Origin: Planctomycetota bacterium
Lineage (GTDB): Bacteria > Planctomycetota > JAJSAM01 > JAJVHW01
Length of the DNA stretch: 64,000 bases
Direction: 5' to 3'
Assembly (NCBI GenBank): GCA_965248445.1
Contig: CBDFJG010000003.1
Span: 1,728,001-1,792,000, forward strand
Part shown: positions 10,470-21,413 of the stretch, piece after piece
Numbering within the stretch: position 1 is the first letter of the stretch
Layout: each line of letters opens with the position of its first letter
Made by a program: the position numbers and the translations under genes
Notes under the pieces: model-generated
The model's database searches: none
What the model was told of the DNA's origin: nothing
What the model saw: only the letters and a program-made list of their open reading frames with translations

Positions 10470-11332
10470 GACTTCTTCCCCTGTACGTCGTCCCCCAGCC
10501 AGGACGCCGCGCTGGCACGGGCGAGGTCACGGACGCGCGCGATGTACTGCGCGCGCTGGTTGACGCCGATCGCGCCCCGCGCGTCGAGGAGGTTGAACGT
10601 GTGCGAGGCGTGCATGCACTGGTCGTACGCGGGGAGCGATAGCCCGGCTTGCGCCAGTCGCATGCACTCGCGCTCGTGGTCATCGAAGTGCCGCGTGAGC
10701 ATGTCGACGTCCGCCTCTTCGAAGTTGTAGACGCTGAACTCCCGCTCGTTGCGGCGGCTCACGTCGCCCCACGTGACGTCGCCAACCCACCGGATGTCGA
10801 ATCCCGACTGAACGTCCTGCAGGTACATCGCGATCCGCTCGAGTCCGTACGTCATTTCGACGGACACCGGGTCGAGCTCGTACCCGCCGATCTGCTGGAA
10901 GTACGTGAACTGGGTGATCTCCATCCCGTCCAGCCACACCTCCCAGCCCAGTCCGGTCGCTCCCAGCGTCGGCGACTCCCAGTCGTCCTCCACGAAGCGG
11001 ACGTCGTGCGCAGAGAGATCGATGCCGAGGGCCTCGAGGCTGCGGAGGTAGAGCTGCTGGGGGTCGTCTGGCGCGGGCTTCAGGATCACCTGGAACTGGT
11101 AGTAGCGCTGGAAGCGGAACGGGTTCTCTCCGTAGCGGCCGTCTGTCGGACGGCGGCACGGTTGAACGTGCGCGGCGCGCCACGGGTCAGGACCGAGAGC
11201 GCGGAGGAACGTCGGGGCGCAGAACGTCGCGGCACCGACCATCGCGTCGTACGGCTGGAGGATGACGCACCCCTCCTCCGCCCAGTACTCCTGGAGCTTC
11301 AGGATCATCGTCTGGAAGTCGGGACCGGCCAA
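10466..11332 (-). CDS. glyQ: Glycine--tRNA ligase alpha subunit
   Basis: [62 protein letters not shown]. Confidence 0.97.
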   Translation of the reverse strand: MAGPDFQTMILKLQEYWAEEGCVILQPYDAMVGAATFCAPTFLRALGPDPWRAAHVQPCRRPTDGRYGENPFRFQRYYQFQVILKPAPDDPQQLYLRSLEALGIDLSAHDVRFVEDDWESPTLGATGLGWEVWLDGMEITQFTYFQQIGGYELDPVSVEMTYGLERIAMYLQDVQSGFDIRWVGDVTWGDVSRRNEREFSVYNFEEADVDMLTRHFDDHERECMRLAQAGLSLPAYDQCMHASHTFNLLDARGAIGVNQRAQYIARVRDLARASAASWLGDDVQGKKS

Positions 11333-11355
11333 CGCGTGTTTCCCAGCTCGAAGCG

Positions 11356-12570
11356 CTAAGCAACGCCGAGCGCAGTCTCCAGCTTCGAGAGCGCCGTCGC
11401 CAGGTCGCCGCGGACCGCGTCCGGCGCATCCGGCAGCAGGTGCCGCACCTGGTGGAGTCCAGCCCGCGCCACATCCACCCCGTCCTCGTGCATCGCCTCG
11501 TCCACTTCGGCGACCAACCCGTGGGCGAGCGCCGTGCGGGCGACCTCGAGATCCGCGTCGCTCTGCGCCATGCCGCGGAAGACGTCCTGGACCAGCGGGT
11601 GCATGGAGATCCGGCTCTCCTCATCGAGCTCGACCAGGCCGAGCCGAACGAGGTGAAGCACGCCGTTGCTGAGCTCATCCGCCTTCAGCTCGCCGCCACG
11701 CGAACTGCGCAGCGAGTGTACTGCGCCGTACAGCGCGTCCACCGCGATCAGAGTGGGATGCGCCACGGAACCGATCAGGAGGATCTCGAGGCAGATCGGG
11801 TGGGACTTCTGGAACAGCGGGATCAGTCCGACCACGGCGTCACGCAGGTCGCTCACCGAGCGTGCGGCACCGTTCGGGTAGTACGCGACGGCGGCTCGCG
11901 CAGCGAGAGACGCCGTCATCGCGAGTCCGTCGCAGGCGCGCACCTGCGGCGGCGTGACCTCGTCGCCTTCGCGGATGCGCAGAACGGAATGCGCAATGCG
12001 GCGCGGCGCGTGCTCGGGGACGGGTGCGATCTCGACCACGCCTTCGTAGATGCCGCTCGGCTCTTCGGTCACGACGAACACATCCGCCGTCGTCGGTCCG
12101 ACTTCCGGTATCAGCGCCTCCAGGTCGTCGACCGCGGCACCGTCCACGACGAGCAGCGACTTCGGCTCTTCCGCGAGCCGCGCGCGTTCACGCTCCGCCG
12201 TGGCCTTCAGATCGGTCGTGCGGTTCTCACCCCGCGCGGCGGCGATCTCCGCCCAGGCAAGGTCAGCTCCCAGTCCGGCGCGCAGGATCCAAGCGCCGCC
12301 CGGGAAGTTCCCGCCCGCGCGGCGGGCCAGTTCGACTGCAACCGTGGACGCTCCCGTGCCTCGGGGTCCGGTGATCTCGACGACGCCCGGTTCGCGCGCC
12401 GTGAGGGCCGCGTTCAGGACATCCACGACCGCCTGCATCTCGGTGCGGCGGCCGCAGACCGGCCCGGTGCGCGGCGGCAAATTGCTGAGGACCTCGGCGG
12501 CCCCACCGGCCGCGTCCGTCTGGCCGCCGGGGCCGCCGCCTCCTCCTCCGCCTCTCGAGATGATCGCCAT
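11356..12570 (-). CDS. NB-ARC/STAND-like P-loop protein with degenerate Walker A
   Basis: NLPPRT..VCGR (NB-ARC N-terminal motif), [11 protein letters not shown] (Walker A lacking Lys), LLVVDGA (Walker B), MHPLVQ (MHD-like motif); Gly-rich N-terminus from ATG 12570. Confidence 0.7.
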   Translation of the reverse strand: MAIISRGGGGGGGPGGQTDAAGGAAEVLSNLPPRTGPVCGRRTEMQAVVDVLNAALTAREPGVVEITGPRGTGASTVAVELARRAGGNFPGGAWILRAGLGADLAWAEIAAARGENRTTDLKATAERERARLAEEPKSLLVVDGAAVDDLEALIPEVGPTTADVFVVTEEPSGIYEGVVEIAPVPEHAPRRIAHSVLRIREGDEVTPPQVRACDGLAMTASLAARAAVAYYPNGAARSVSDLRDAVVGLIPLFQKSHPICLEILLIGSVAHPTLIAVDALYGAVHSLRSSRGGELKADELSNGVLHLVRLGLVELDEESRISMHPLVQDVFRGMAQSDADLEVARTALAHGLVAEVDEAMHEDGVDVARAGLHQVRHLLPDAPDAVRGDLATALSKLETALGVA

Positions 12571-12716
12571 GGCCTGTCCTCGCGTCGCGGGCGACCGTCC
12601 GCCCGCCCGTCCTACATTCGGTCCGAGTCCCGCACGATGCTCCGCGCTGCCCCCTTGGACAAGGAACGAACGGGAGCCCCGCGCGAGAGGTGGCCGAGAG
12701 GTGGCACGGGCCCGTC

Positions 12717-14036
12717 TCAGAGCAGCGACGCGAGCGCGTCCCAGTAGCGCGGATAGCTCTTGGCGACGCAATCGTAGTCCCGGAGTCGCACGCCGGGGAC
12801 GGCCAGGCCGACGAGTGCGAACGCCATCGCGATGCGATGGTCCCCCCGCGGGTCGACGAGCCCGTCCCGGGCCGTGCCGCCGCGGACGACGAATCCGTCC
12901 GGCCGCTCCGTCGCGTGACAGCCGACCGCTCGCGCGGCGTCCACGACGGCGGCGATGCGGTCGGTCTCCTTGTCCTTCAGGTGAGCAACGCCGTAGACGA
13001 CGGTCTCGCCGGACGCCACGCAACCGAGCGCACCGATCACGGGTGCGAGGTCCGGAGTACCGCGCAGATCCACCCGCACTCCCCGCAGCGCTCCGCCAAC
13101 GGCGACGACTCCGGCATCCGTGAACGCGAGATCTGCTCCCATGCGGATCAGGATTGTCGGGAAGCGACGGTCAGGCTGACGTGACGACGTGTTCAGGCCC
13201 GTCACCGTCACCCGTCCCCGCGAGACCGCGGCAGCCGCCAGCAGGAACGCGGCCGACGACCAGTCGCCCTCCACGGCGTCCTCGAACGGGCCGTAACCGG
13301 CGCCGTCGATGCGATGAACCAGGCGACCGTCGTCCGCGGTCGCCGCGCGCCACGTTCCGCGCGCGTGGCGCTCCACGACCTCGCGCGTCAGATCCACGTA
13401 TCCGAGCGACGCGCACTCGGAAGCCGGCGCTGTCGTCATCACGCGGATCGGCGTCCGGAGCGCCGCGGCGACAAGGCCCAGGGCCGAGAGCGGCTGGCTC
13501 GATCGCGTCAGGTCGACGTCGATCACGTCGGGCACGACCTCCCGGTCGGCGATACCCCACACCGTGAGCGGCGGACGACCGCCCGCCGTATCCACACGGG
13601 CGCCGAGTCCGCGCACTGCCGCGGCAGTCGCCTCGACCGGCCGCGCGGACAGCGACGCGTTGCCGATCAACGTGTACGGCCCCTTCCCGAGTGCGCAGAA
13701 GGCAGTCAGGAACCGGATGCCGGTGGCGCTACCGCCTAGGTCGAGTTCTGCGCTGTCGCGGGGCAACGAGCCAGCGCAGCCCGTTACGACCACACCGTCG
13801 CTACCGTCGGACAACTCGACCCGAATCTCGATTCCGAGTGCGCGGAGCGCGTCGATGACGGCCTGTGTGTCGTCGTTCCTCGGCACTCCGACCACACAGG
13901 TCTCGCCATCCCCCAGCGCGGCCGCGACCAGCAAGCGGATCGCGTGGCTCTTGCTTCGGGGCGCCCTCACCTGGCCGTGCAGCGGAACGCCCGCTGGCGG
14001 CTGGAGCGCTGGCTCACCGTTTGTCTGACCTTCCAC
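12717..14036 (-). CDS. aroA: 3-phosphoshikimate 1-carboxyvinyltransferase (EPSP synthase)
   Basis: PRSKSH, SSQPLS, VEGDWSSA, PDLAP, KETDRI, DHRIAMAF, VAKSYP. Confidence 0.92.
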   Translation of the reverse strand: MEGQTNGEPALQPPAGVPLHGQVRAPRSKSHAIRLLVAAALGDGETCVVGVPRNDDTQAVIDALRALGIEIRVELSDGSDGVVVTGCAGSLPRDSAELDLGGSATGIRFLTAFCALGKGPYTLIGNASLSARPVEATAAAVRGLGARVDTAGGRPPLTVWGIADREVVPDVIDVDLTRSSQPLSALGLVAAALRTPIRVMTTAPASECASLGYVDLTREVVERHARGTWRAATADDGRLVHRIDGAGYGPFEDAVEGDWSSAAFLLAAAAVSRGRVTVTGLNTSSRQPDRRFPTILIRMGADLAFTDAGVVAVGGALRGVRVDLRGTPDLAPVIGALGCVASGETVVYGVAHLKDKETDRIAAVVDAARAVGCHATERPDGFVVRGGTARDGLVDPRGDHRIAMAFALVGLAVPGVRLRDYDCVAKSYPRYWDALASLL

Positions 14037-14085
14037 ACGGGGAGATTACGGAGCCTCCCCAGGGCGGCGTTACATTCGGCGCTCC

Positions 14086-14994
14086 ATGTCAGAAGCAATC
14101 CTCCAGACCGACCTGGCAGGCCTCACGCTGCGAGCCCGCGGCAAGGTCCGCGACATCTACGAACTGCCGGATGCGCTCCTCATCGTGACCACCGACCGGA
14201 TCTCGGCGTTCGACGTCGTGATGCCCAACGGGGTGCCGGACAAGGGCCGCATCCTGACGGAAGTCTCGGTCTTCTGGTTCTCGCACCTCGCCGACGTGGT
14301 GCCGCACCACCTCATCACCGCGGACGTCGATGAGATGCCGGACAGCGTGCGCCGTCACGCCGGCGTGCTGCGCGGCCGCACGATGCTGGTCCGGAAGTGC
14401 GACCCGCTGCCCGTCGAGTGCGTGGCGCGGGGCTACCTCACCGGCAGCGGGCTCAAGGACTACGACGCGACTGGCGCCGTGTGCGGCATCCCGCTCCCCG
14501 CCGGCCTCACGGAGGCTTCGCGACTGCCGGAACCAATCTTCACGCCGGCCACCAAGGCGGACGTTGGGGACCACGACGAGAACATCGACTTCGACCGCAT
14601 GAGCACGATCGTCGGCGACGCGACGGCTACTCGGCTGCGCGACCTGACGATGACGCTGTACGGGCGCGGCGTCGCCCATGCGGAGAGCCGCGGGGTGATC
14701 CTCGCCGACACGAAGTTCGAGTTCGGCCTCGCGGACGGTGAACTGGTCCTGATCGACGAAGCGCTCACCCCCGACTCGTCGCGATACTGGGAACGCGCCC
14801 TCTGGAAGCCGGGGGAACGCCAGCCGTCGTTCGACAAGCAGCCGGTGCGCGACTGGCTGAGCGACAGCGGCTGGAACAAGTCACCGCCGGCACCGCGGCT
14901 GCCCGACGAGGTGGTCGCCGCTACGCGCGAACGCTACCTCCAGATCCACAACAGACTGACCGGAGCCGACTTGCCGAAAGGGAGGCCCTCGTGA
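14086..14994 (+). CDS. purC: SAICAR synthase
   Basis: RGKVRDIY, TDRISAFD, ECVARGYLTGSG, ILADTKFEFG, DEALTPDSSRYW, SFDKQ. Confidence 0.97.
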   Translation: MSEAILQTDLAGLTLRARGKVRDIYELPDALLIVTTDRISAFDVVMPNGVPDKGRILTEVSVFWFSHLADVVPHHLITADVDEMPDSVRRHAGVLRGRTMLVRKCDPLPVECVARGYLTGSGLKDYDATGAVCGIPLPAGLTEASRLPEPIFTPATKADVGDHDENIDFDRMSTIVGDATATRLRDLTMTLYGRGVAHAESRGVILADTKFEFGLADGELVLIDEALTPDSSRYWERALWKPGERQPSFDKQPVRDWLSDSGWNKSPPAPRLPDEVVAATRERYLQIHNRLTGADLPKGRPS

Positions 14995-15524
14995 CGAACG
15001 GTTCGCCGCAGGCCGCCAAGGTGGCCGTGCTCCTCGGAAGCGACAGTGACCTCCCCGTCATGCGCGCGTGCCTCGAACAGCTCGAGAGCCTGAGCGTGCC
15101 ATACGACTGCGTGGTGGCGTCGGCACACCGCACGCCCACTCGCGTCAGCCGCTACGTCGACGAGTGCATCGCAGGAGGCGTGCAAGTCTTCGTCTGCGCC
15201 GCCGGCGGCGCAGCGCACCTGGCGGGAGCCGTCGCGGCGAAGACGACGCTGCCTGTCATCGGTGTGCCGCTCGACGCCACGCCGCTCAAGGGTGTGGACG
15301 CGCTCTACTCGATCGTGCAGATGCCACCGGGGTTCCCGGTGGCGACCGTGGCGATCGGTAAGTTCGGCGCGGTCAACGCAGGACTCCTCGCGGCGCAGAT
15401 CGTCGCGCTGACCGACCCCGAACTCGACGAGAGAGTTCGGGCGCACCGGGAGCTCACCCGCGAGAAGGTCATAACGAAGAACGCCCGTCTGCGCGACGAA
15501 CTGGGCCTTCCGGCGGAGAAGTAG
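14991..15524 (+). CDS. purE: N5-CAIR mutase
   Basis: [32 protein letters not shown]. Confidence 0.97.
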   Translation: MTNGSPQAAKVAVLLGSDSDLPVMRACLEQLESLSVPYDCVVASAHRTPTRVSRYVDECIAGGVQVFVCAAGGAAHLAGAVAAKTTLPVIGVPLDATPLKGVDALYSIVQMPPGFPVATVAIGKFGAVNAGLLAAQIVALTDPELDERVRAHRELTREKVITKNARLRDELGLPAEK

Positions 15525-15528
15525 GCCC

Positions 15529-16629
15529 GTGGCGGGCGCCCCGGCCTCGACACGCACGCCCCCCATCACGCCTGACGGCGCCATCCCGACGGTGGCCTGG
15601 GCATCCTGCACCGGGTCTGGACTACCGGGCGCGCTCGAACTGCTCGACCAGACAGCTCTCCCCGCGTACGTGCGGAAGCTGGTGCTGACCGAGCTCGAAG
15701 ACGTGCGCGCTGCAATCGCCCGGCTGTCGGTCCGCGGCGCGCCGGCGATCGGTGTCGCCGCGGCGTACGGGATGGTCGTCGGCACGCAGTCGCACGCGGA
15801 CGACGAGCCATCTCGGTTCGCGACGCGGCTCGAGCACACCGCCGAACGGTTGCGGACTGCGCGGCCGACCGCGGTCAATCTCGGCTGGGCGGTGGACCGT
15901 TGTCTCGCTGCCGCCGGGGACCTGCCGGCGGCGAACGCCGTTGCCGCGCTGCTCGCGTGCGCGCGCGAGATCCACACCGAGGACGAGCACGCGTGCGCGG
16001 CCATGGGCCGCAACGCTCTCCCATTGCTCTGCGGCGGCGGCACGTACCTGACCCACTGCAACACCGGACGGCTCGCGACGGCGGGGATCGGGACGGCGTT
16101 CGGCGTGTTCGCGACCGCGCAGACACACGGGCTCCACCCGACCGTGTACGTCGGAGAGGTGCGTCCGCTGCTGCAGGGCGCGCGGCTGACGGCGTTCGAG
16201 CTGGCCGAGCGCGGCATCGCCGGCCGCCTGATGCCAGACGGGGCCGCCGCGGCGCTCCTGCGGACACAAGACGTGGACGCCGTGTTCGTCGGGGCGGACC
16301 GCATCGCGATGAACGGCGACACCGCCAACAAGATCGGGACGTACGGGCTGGCGGTGGCGGCGCGTGAGAACGGGGTGCCGTTCTACGTCGTCGCCCCCAC
16401 CAGCACACTCGACCCGAGCCTCGCGCACGGAGGCGACATCCCCATCGAGCAGCGGGACGCCGGCGAGCTGAGAGCCATCTCGGGTGTGCCCACGGCACCC
16501 CCGGGTGTGGCGGTCTGGAATCCGGCCTTCGATGTGACTCCAGCCTCGCTCATTTCGGGAATAGTCACCGAATCCGAGATCGCCAGGGCCCCCTACGAGG
16601 CCAGCCTCCCTGGCCTCGCGGCGAGCTGA
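15529..16629 (+). CDS. mtnA: S-methyl-5-thioribose-1-phosphate isomerase
   Basis: LLDQTALP, VRGAPAIG, RPTAVNL, LTHCNTG, RPLLQGARLT, GADRI..NGDTANKIGTY, NPAFDVTP. Confidence 0.95.
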   Translation: MAGAPASTRTPPITPDGAIPTVAWASCTGSGLPGALELLDQTALPAYVRKLVLTELEDVRAAIARLSVRGAPAIGVAAAYGMVVGTQSHADDEPSRFATRLEHTAERLRTARPTAVNLGWAVDRCLAAAGDLPAANAVAALLACAREIHTEDEHACAAMGRNALPLLCGGGTYLTHCNTGRLATAGIGTAFGVFATAQTHGLHPTVYVGEVRPLLQGARLTAFELAERGIAGRLMPDGAAAALLRTQDVDAVFVGADRIAMNGDTANKIGTYGLAVAARENGVPFYVVAPTSTLDPSLAHGGDIPIEQRDAGELRAISGVPTAPPGVAVWNPAFDVTPASLISGIVTESEIARAPYEASLPGLAAS

Positions 16630-16686
16630 TCGAAGTCAGGCTCAGATCGAGAGCGCCCGCTGGCCGATGGGTGTGGGGATACCCAA

Positions 16687-19221
16687 ATGGCATTCGAAGG
16701 CGACCTCTCGAAAGTCCCCCTCGGGGACGTGTGTCAGACCCTCGTCATGACGAGGCAGCACGGCGTTCTCGTCGTGCGTGGGCCCGAGCAGCGACGGATC
16801 GCGGTCGGCGAGCGCGGGATCTCCCTCGTCGGCGCGCGTGCGTCGCTCGGCGAGCGCGTCGCCCGCTACCTCCTGGCCACCGGCGGACTCGACGTCGAGG
16901 GGCTCGCTGCGGCCGAGAAGGTGCTCCGGCGCCGCCGCAACGCCCGCCTCGACGATGTTATCCAGAGCGAGGGTCTGGTGCAGTCCGACGTGCTGCGCGC
17001 GGCCCGCGCCTACGTCGCGCAGGAAGAAGTCTTCGAGATGTTCTTCTGGCGCGAGGGCACGTTCGCGCTGCTCGAAGGCCGTAAGGAAGACGGCGGTCCG
17101 TTCGCCGAGATCACGTTCGACATCGCGGGTATCGCGATGGAGGCGGCCCGGCGCATCGACGAGATGCAGGGACTGAACGAGAGCGTCCCCCTCACTGCTG
17201 TCGTCGCCCCGGGCGATCCGCAAGCGATCCCGGACGAAGAGCAGGACGGAGACGCGGCGTGCCGCATCTTCAACCTGATCGACGAGGTCGACTCGGTGCG
17301 CGAGATCGTCATGTCCTCGCACCTCGGCGAGTTCGACACGCGCAAGACGCTCGAGTACCTCATGCAGTCCGGTGCTCTTCGCCACGCCGGCGAGGAGGAG
17401 ATCCGGAAGGCCGCGAGCGCCGCACTAGGACGCGACACCGCTCGCGCCGTCGCCCTGTTCGAACGCCTGACGCAGCTGCAGCCTGAGTCCGACGAAGCGT
17501 GGCGGCAGCTCTCCGAGGCGCACAAGAAGTCCGGAGACCGCGACCAGGCCGCCGTGTGCTTGCGCACTGTCGCCAGTGTCCTGATCGCAAAGAACGACGG
17601 CGCCGGCGCGATCGACGCCCTCAAGAAGGCGACCGAGCTCGCCCAGGAGAACTCCGAGGCTCACGAGGAGTACGTGAACGCACTGTTCGATCACGGCGAC
17701 GCGGAGGCCGGACTGAAGGCGACCCGCGCCGGCATCGCGCGCTGCGCCGAGGGCGGCGCTCACGAGGCCGTGATCCGCATCGCCACGCGTGCACTCCAGC
17801 ACGACGCCGACGACGCCGGCATCCTGATCGGCCTCGCCGCCTCGTACCACTCGCTGCAGCAGAACGGCGACGCGATCCGGACATACGAATCCGCCGCCGT
17901 GGTGCTCGAACGCACAAAGCGTGGCCGCGAGCGTCTGGCCGACGTCCTCCGCCGACTGATCCGGATCTCGAGCGACTCGAAGGAGTACGAGAAGCGGCTG
18001 TCGGAGATCCAGCGCGAGAAGTCGCAGAGTCGCAGGAAGCTGCGGACCGTCGGCCTGGCCCGCCGCCGCCGTCGTGGTGCTCGCGGCGATCGCAGTCCCG
18101 CTCTCGATGCGCGGCGGCATGAACGGCGATATGCAGGAGATCCACGAGCTGATCAACCGCGAGGAGTACGCCGCGGCGGATCAACTGATCTCCGAGATCT
18201 TCGCGGACGACCCGAGCGACGAGATGGTCCTGCGGCTCAACAACCTGCGAGGACTGCTCGACCGGGGGAAGAGCGGCGAGACCACGACGTACTCGGTCGT
18301 CTCGTCGATCACCCTGGCGCTGAAGGCGAACGACACGGAGACCGCTCGCCTTCTGACCGTGTTGGAAACCAATCCCGTGCGTCTGTCCGAGGGCGTGACC
18401 CTCGCGGACGCCGTGCGCTCGCTCGCCAAGGCGGCAGACACCCTGGCCGACTCCGTGATCCTGCTCACGACCGGTGACGGCGCGACGCTGAGGCAGCGCG
18501 CGCCGCCCAAGCACAAGAAGTTCGTCGGCGAGTTCGCGAGCGATGCGAACCCCTCGATCAAGCAGTTGCAGGCCGGCCTGCGCCTGGCCCTCGAGAGCGC
18601 GCAGGACGCGTCGAACAAGGCCCGCCTCTCCCCCGCGTACAAGCGCGGGCGATTGCGTGGGCGTGGTCGTTGAAGAATTTTCCCCTTGGCGAGGGGAGAT
18701 TCTCGTGGCGCTTCGTCGTGAAGGAAGTCAAGCACGGCAACGTGAAACCGTTGGCGCGCTACGTCGCCGGCACCATCGCGTTCGCGGAACCGATCCGAGT
18801 ACTGCTCGCTCCATTCGGTCCGGTCGATGACGCGCCGACGCTGGATGAGATCATGGGTGCCGACAGCCTGAGCGAAGCGTTCCACCTCCTCATGGAGCGC
18901 GCGGCCGCGGACGCGAAGTTGGTGTCGTTCATGGGATTGCCAGGCGACGCCGTGATGAACTTCGCGGAGGGTGGGCAGCAGTTCGATTGGTGGCTTGGCA
19001 ATCAGTTGCAGCCGCCGGTCATCGACACCACGCGTGACACCGGGTCTACCGCTGCCAGCGCGTGGGAGGATCTCGACGTGGACGGCTTTGTTGACGACTT
19101 GTTCAACGACCCCGACGCAATCGAACGTGACCTCAACGAGATGCTCGATGTGCTCGGGGAGAAGGGCGCCGAACTGAGTCGGAAGCAAATCAGCTTCCAC
19201 CGCCAGACGACGCGAGCCTAG
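16687..19221 (+). pseudogene. DUF4388-domain + TPR membrane-anchored protein, frameshifted at ~18060 and ~18648; 3' part may be of different origin
   Basis: N-terminus MAFEGDLSKVPLGDVCQTL..G.L is DUF4388-like, followed by TPR helices. An extra C at ~18061 breaks the TM helix (GLA-AAAVVVLAAIAVP, continued in ORF 18074..18673). A second shift leads into ORF 18670..19221. Confidence 0.65.
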
Positions 19222-20894
19222 CCCGAATCGTTCACCAGCCGGGAATCTGAGCGGGCCGTCGTCTGTCTAAGTGCTCGTACTCGCTAGTACTTGCACCGAC
19301 AGGAGCGCCGGCCCGATGACGACAGACTGTAGCCCGCAGGGGACCCTCTTCGCGGGCATCTGTGGACGCACCGCGGTGACGCGCTTCGACGCCGGTACCG
19401 TGACGAGCGACGGGGGCGTGCTGCTGCTCGAGCGGACCGATCGTCGCATCGATCTGCTCTCGCGGTTTGCGCGCTGCTTCGGGGACCACCGGGACCCGCG
19501 TCGGGTCGAGCACACGGTCGGCCAGATGCTGCGTCAGCGGGTCTTCGGGCTGTGCGCGGGCTACGAGGATCTGGTGGACCACGACCATGTCGGCAAGGAC
19601 CCGCTGTTTGCCGCGGCGTGCGGCAAGCGCGAGGGTGCTCTGGCCACGCACCCGACGCTCTCGCGGCTCGAGACCACGCAGCTCGGCGCCACGGCACAGA
19701 CGCGCTACGCCAAGATCGAGATGGACCAGGAGCGCGTGGACAGCGTGCTCAGCGACGTCTTCTGCGAGGCCATGGGGCCGGAGGATCCGGGCCTGCTCGT
19801 GCTGGACCTGGACCACTCCGACGTGCGGCTGCACGGCCGGCAGGAGGGCCGCTTCTTCCACGGCTACTACGGGCACTACTGCTACCTGCCGCTGTACGTC
19901 TTCTGCGGCGAGCACCTCTTGCTCGCTCGGCTCCAGACCGCTGACAGAGATCCCGCGCGCGGAGTCGTGGACGAGCTCCGTGCGCTGGTCTTACGTCTGC
20001 GGCGCCGCTGGCCCCGGGCCAAGGTGCTCGTGCGCGCAGACTCGGGCTTTTGCCGCGAGGAGCTGATGGCCTGGTGCGAGGCCGCCGGCCACTTCTACCT
20101 GCTGGGCATGGCGCGCAATGAGCGCCTTGAGCGACACGTCGAAGACGCGCTCGATGAGGCCGCAGCCCGTGCCGTGCAGACCGGCCGAGCAGCCCGGGTC
20201 TTTCGCGACTTTGCCTGGACCACGCTGGGGAGCTGGAGCCAGAGGCGTCGCGTGGTCGCCAAGGCCGAGCACCTGCCGGGCGGCAAGCGCAATCCCCGCT
20301 TCGTGGTGACCAATCTGCCGCCTCGTAGCTGGAGCAGCAAGCGTCTCTACGAGCAGCTCTACTGCGCCCGGGGCGAGGCGGAGAATCGCATCAAGGAGCA
20401 GCAGCTCGAGCTCTTCGGCACCCGTCTGTCGGTGCACACGATGCAGGGCAACGCCGTGCGGATGGCCATGTCGGCCATGGCCTACGTCCTGACCTGTGCG
20501 CTGCGACGCATCGGTCTCGCCGGCACCGAGATGGCGCGTGCGCAAGCCGGCACGATCCGCCTGCGGCTGCTCAAGATCGGCGCGCTCGTGCGGATCACGA
20601 CGCGCCGGATCTGGGTCTCGATGTCCTCGTCGTGGCCCTGGCAGCACGTCTTCGAGCGCTGCGCGCAACGACTGCTGGCATCCCCGAAGCCGACCTGACG
20701 TCCCGCCGCGCCGTCCGCCACACCACCGCCCGGCCTACGGTCTGCCCACACCGCAGAATCCGCGCCGTTTCGGCCGCTCACTCGCGTTGCCCTTGTGGCA
20801 ACGACGACAGCATCCGCCCTCGCCTGGCCAAGATCTGACCCTGTGGACTCCGAAAGCACCGTCATCGCGACGTCTCGTGAACAGATGCGGCTAG
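19218..20894 (+). mobile_element. IS1380-family insertion sequence (element A), bounded by CTAG
   Basis: Left end CTAG-CCCGAATCGTTCAC (19218) matches right end reverse complement CTAG-CCGCATCTGTTCAC (20894); encloses the transposase. Confidence 0.9.
19316..20698 (+). CDS. IS1380-family DDE transposase (intact)
   Basis: FDAGTVTSDGG, DPRRVEHT, LVLDLD..D..LHGRQEG, YCYLPL, VRADSGF, YCARGEAENRIKE, TIRLRLLKIGA. Confidence 0.95.
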   Translation: MTTDCSPQGTLFAGICGRTAVTRFDAGTVTSDGGVLLLERTDRRIDLLSRFARCFGDHRDPRRVEHTVGQMLRQRVFGLCAGYEDLVDHDHVGKDPLFAAACGKREGALATHPTLSRLETTQLGATAQTRYAKIEMDQERVDSVLSDVFCEAMGPEDPGLLVLDLDHSDVRLHGRQEGRFFHGYYGHYCYLPLYVFCGEHLLLARLQTADRDPARGVVDELRALVLRLRRRWPRAKVLVRADSGFCREELMAWCEAAGHFYLLGMARNERLERHVEDALDEAAARAVQTGRAARVFRDFAWTTLGSWSQRRRVVAKAEHLPGGKRNPRFVVTNLPPRSWSSKRLYEQLYCARGEAENRIKEQQLELFGTRLSVHTMQGNAVRMAMSAMAYVLTCALRRIGLAGTEMARAQAGTIRLRLLKIGALVRITTRRIWVSMSSSWPWQHVFERCAQRLLASPKPT

Positions 20895-21412
20895 TTTCTT
20901 CACCTCCAGGTGCAGCAGCTCGCCCGGCCGCTCGCGCTCGTAGCGCACCACCTCCTCGCGAGGCTCCAGCGACCGACGGCTTCCCAGACCGAGACCTCGC
21001 AGGAGGCCACCGACCGTGGACAGCGCCATGCGCAGGCGCCCCGCAATCGCCCGACCCGGGAGCTTCTTGCGGCGCAGCCGCTCGATCCGCGCCACGCGCC
21101 TCGCCGACGTGCGGTTCCACACCCGGTGCGGCGCCGAGCTGCGGTCGAAGAGCCCGGGCGCTCCCTCAAGAGACCAGCGCCGCAGCCACTTGTGGGCCGT
21201 CGTGCGGCTGATCCCGACCGCGCCCGCCGTCGCCACCACGCTCCAGCCATCCTCGAGTACGCGCTTCACCAGCAGCATGCGACCGGTCCAAGTCGTGCAA
21301 GCGTTACGATGCGTCTTCATCCCCGGGGCCCTCCTCAAAGTCAGTTGGGATTGTTTCCATCCCCATCTGACCCGGAGACCCGGGGGTGTTCACAACGTGA
21401 TCAGCATCTACA
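20895..21412 (-). mobile_element. IS481-family element, 5' remnant with truncated transposase (ATG at 21320)
   Basis: MKTHRNA...GISRTTAHKWLRRW..EG..GL.DRSSAP...RYERERPGELLHLEVKKL, cut at the CTAG at 20891-20894; terminus 5'-TGTAGATGCTGATCACGTTGTGAACA at 21412 next to CCTAG. Confidence 0.88.
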
Positions 21413-21413
21413 C

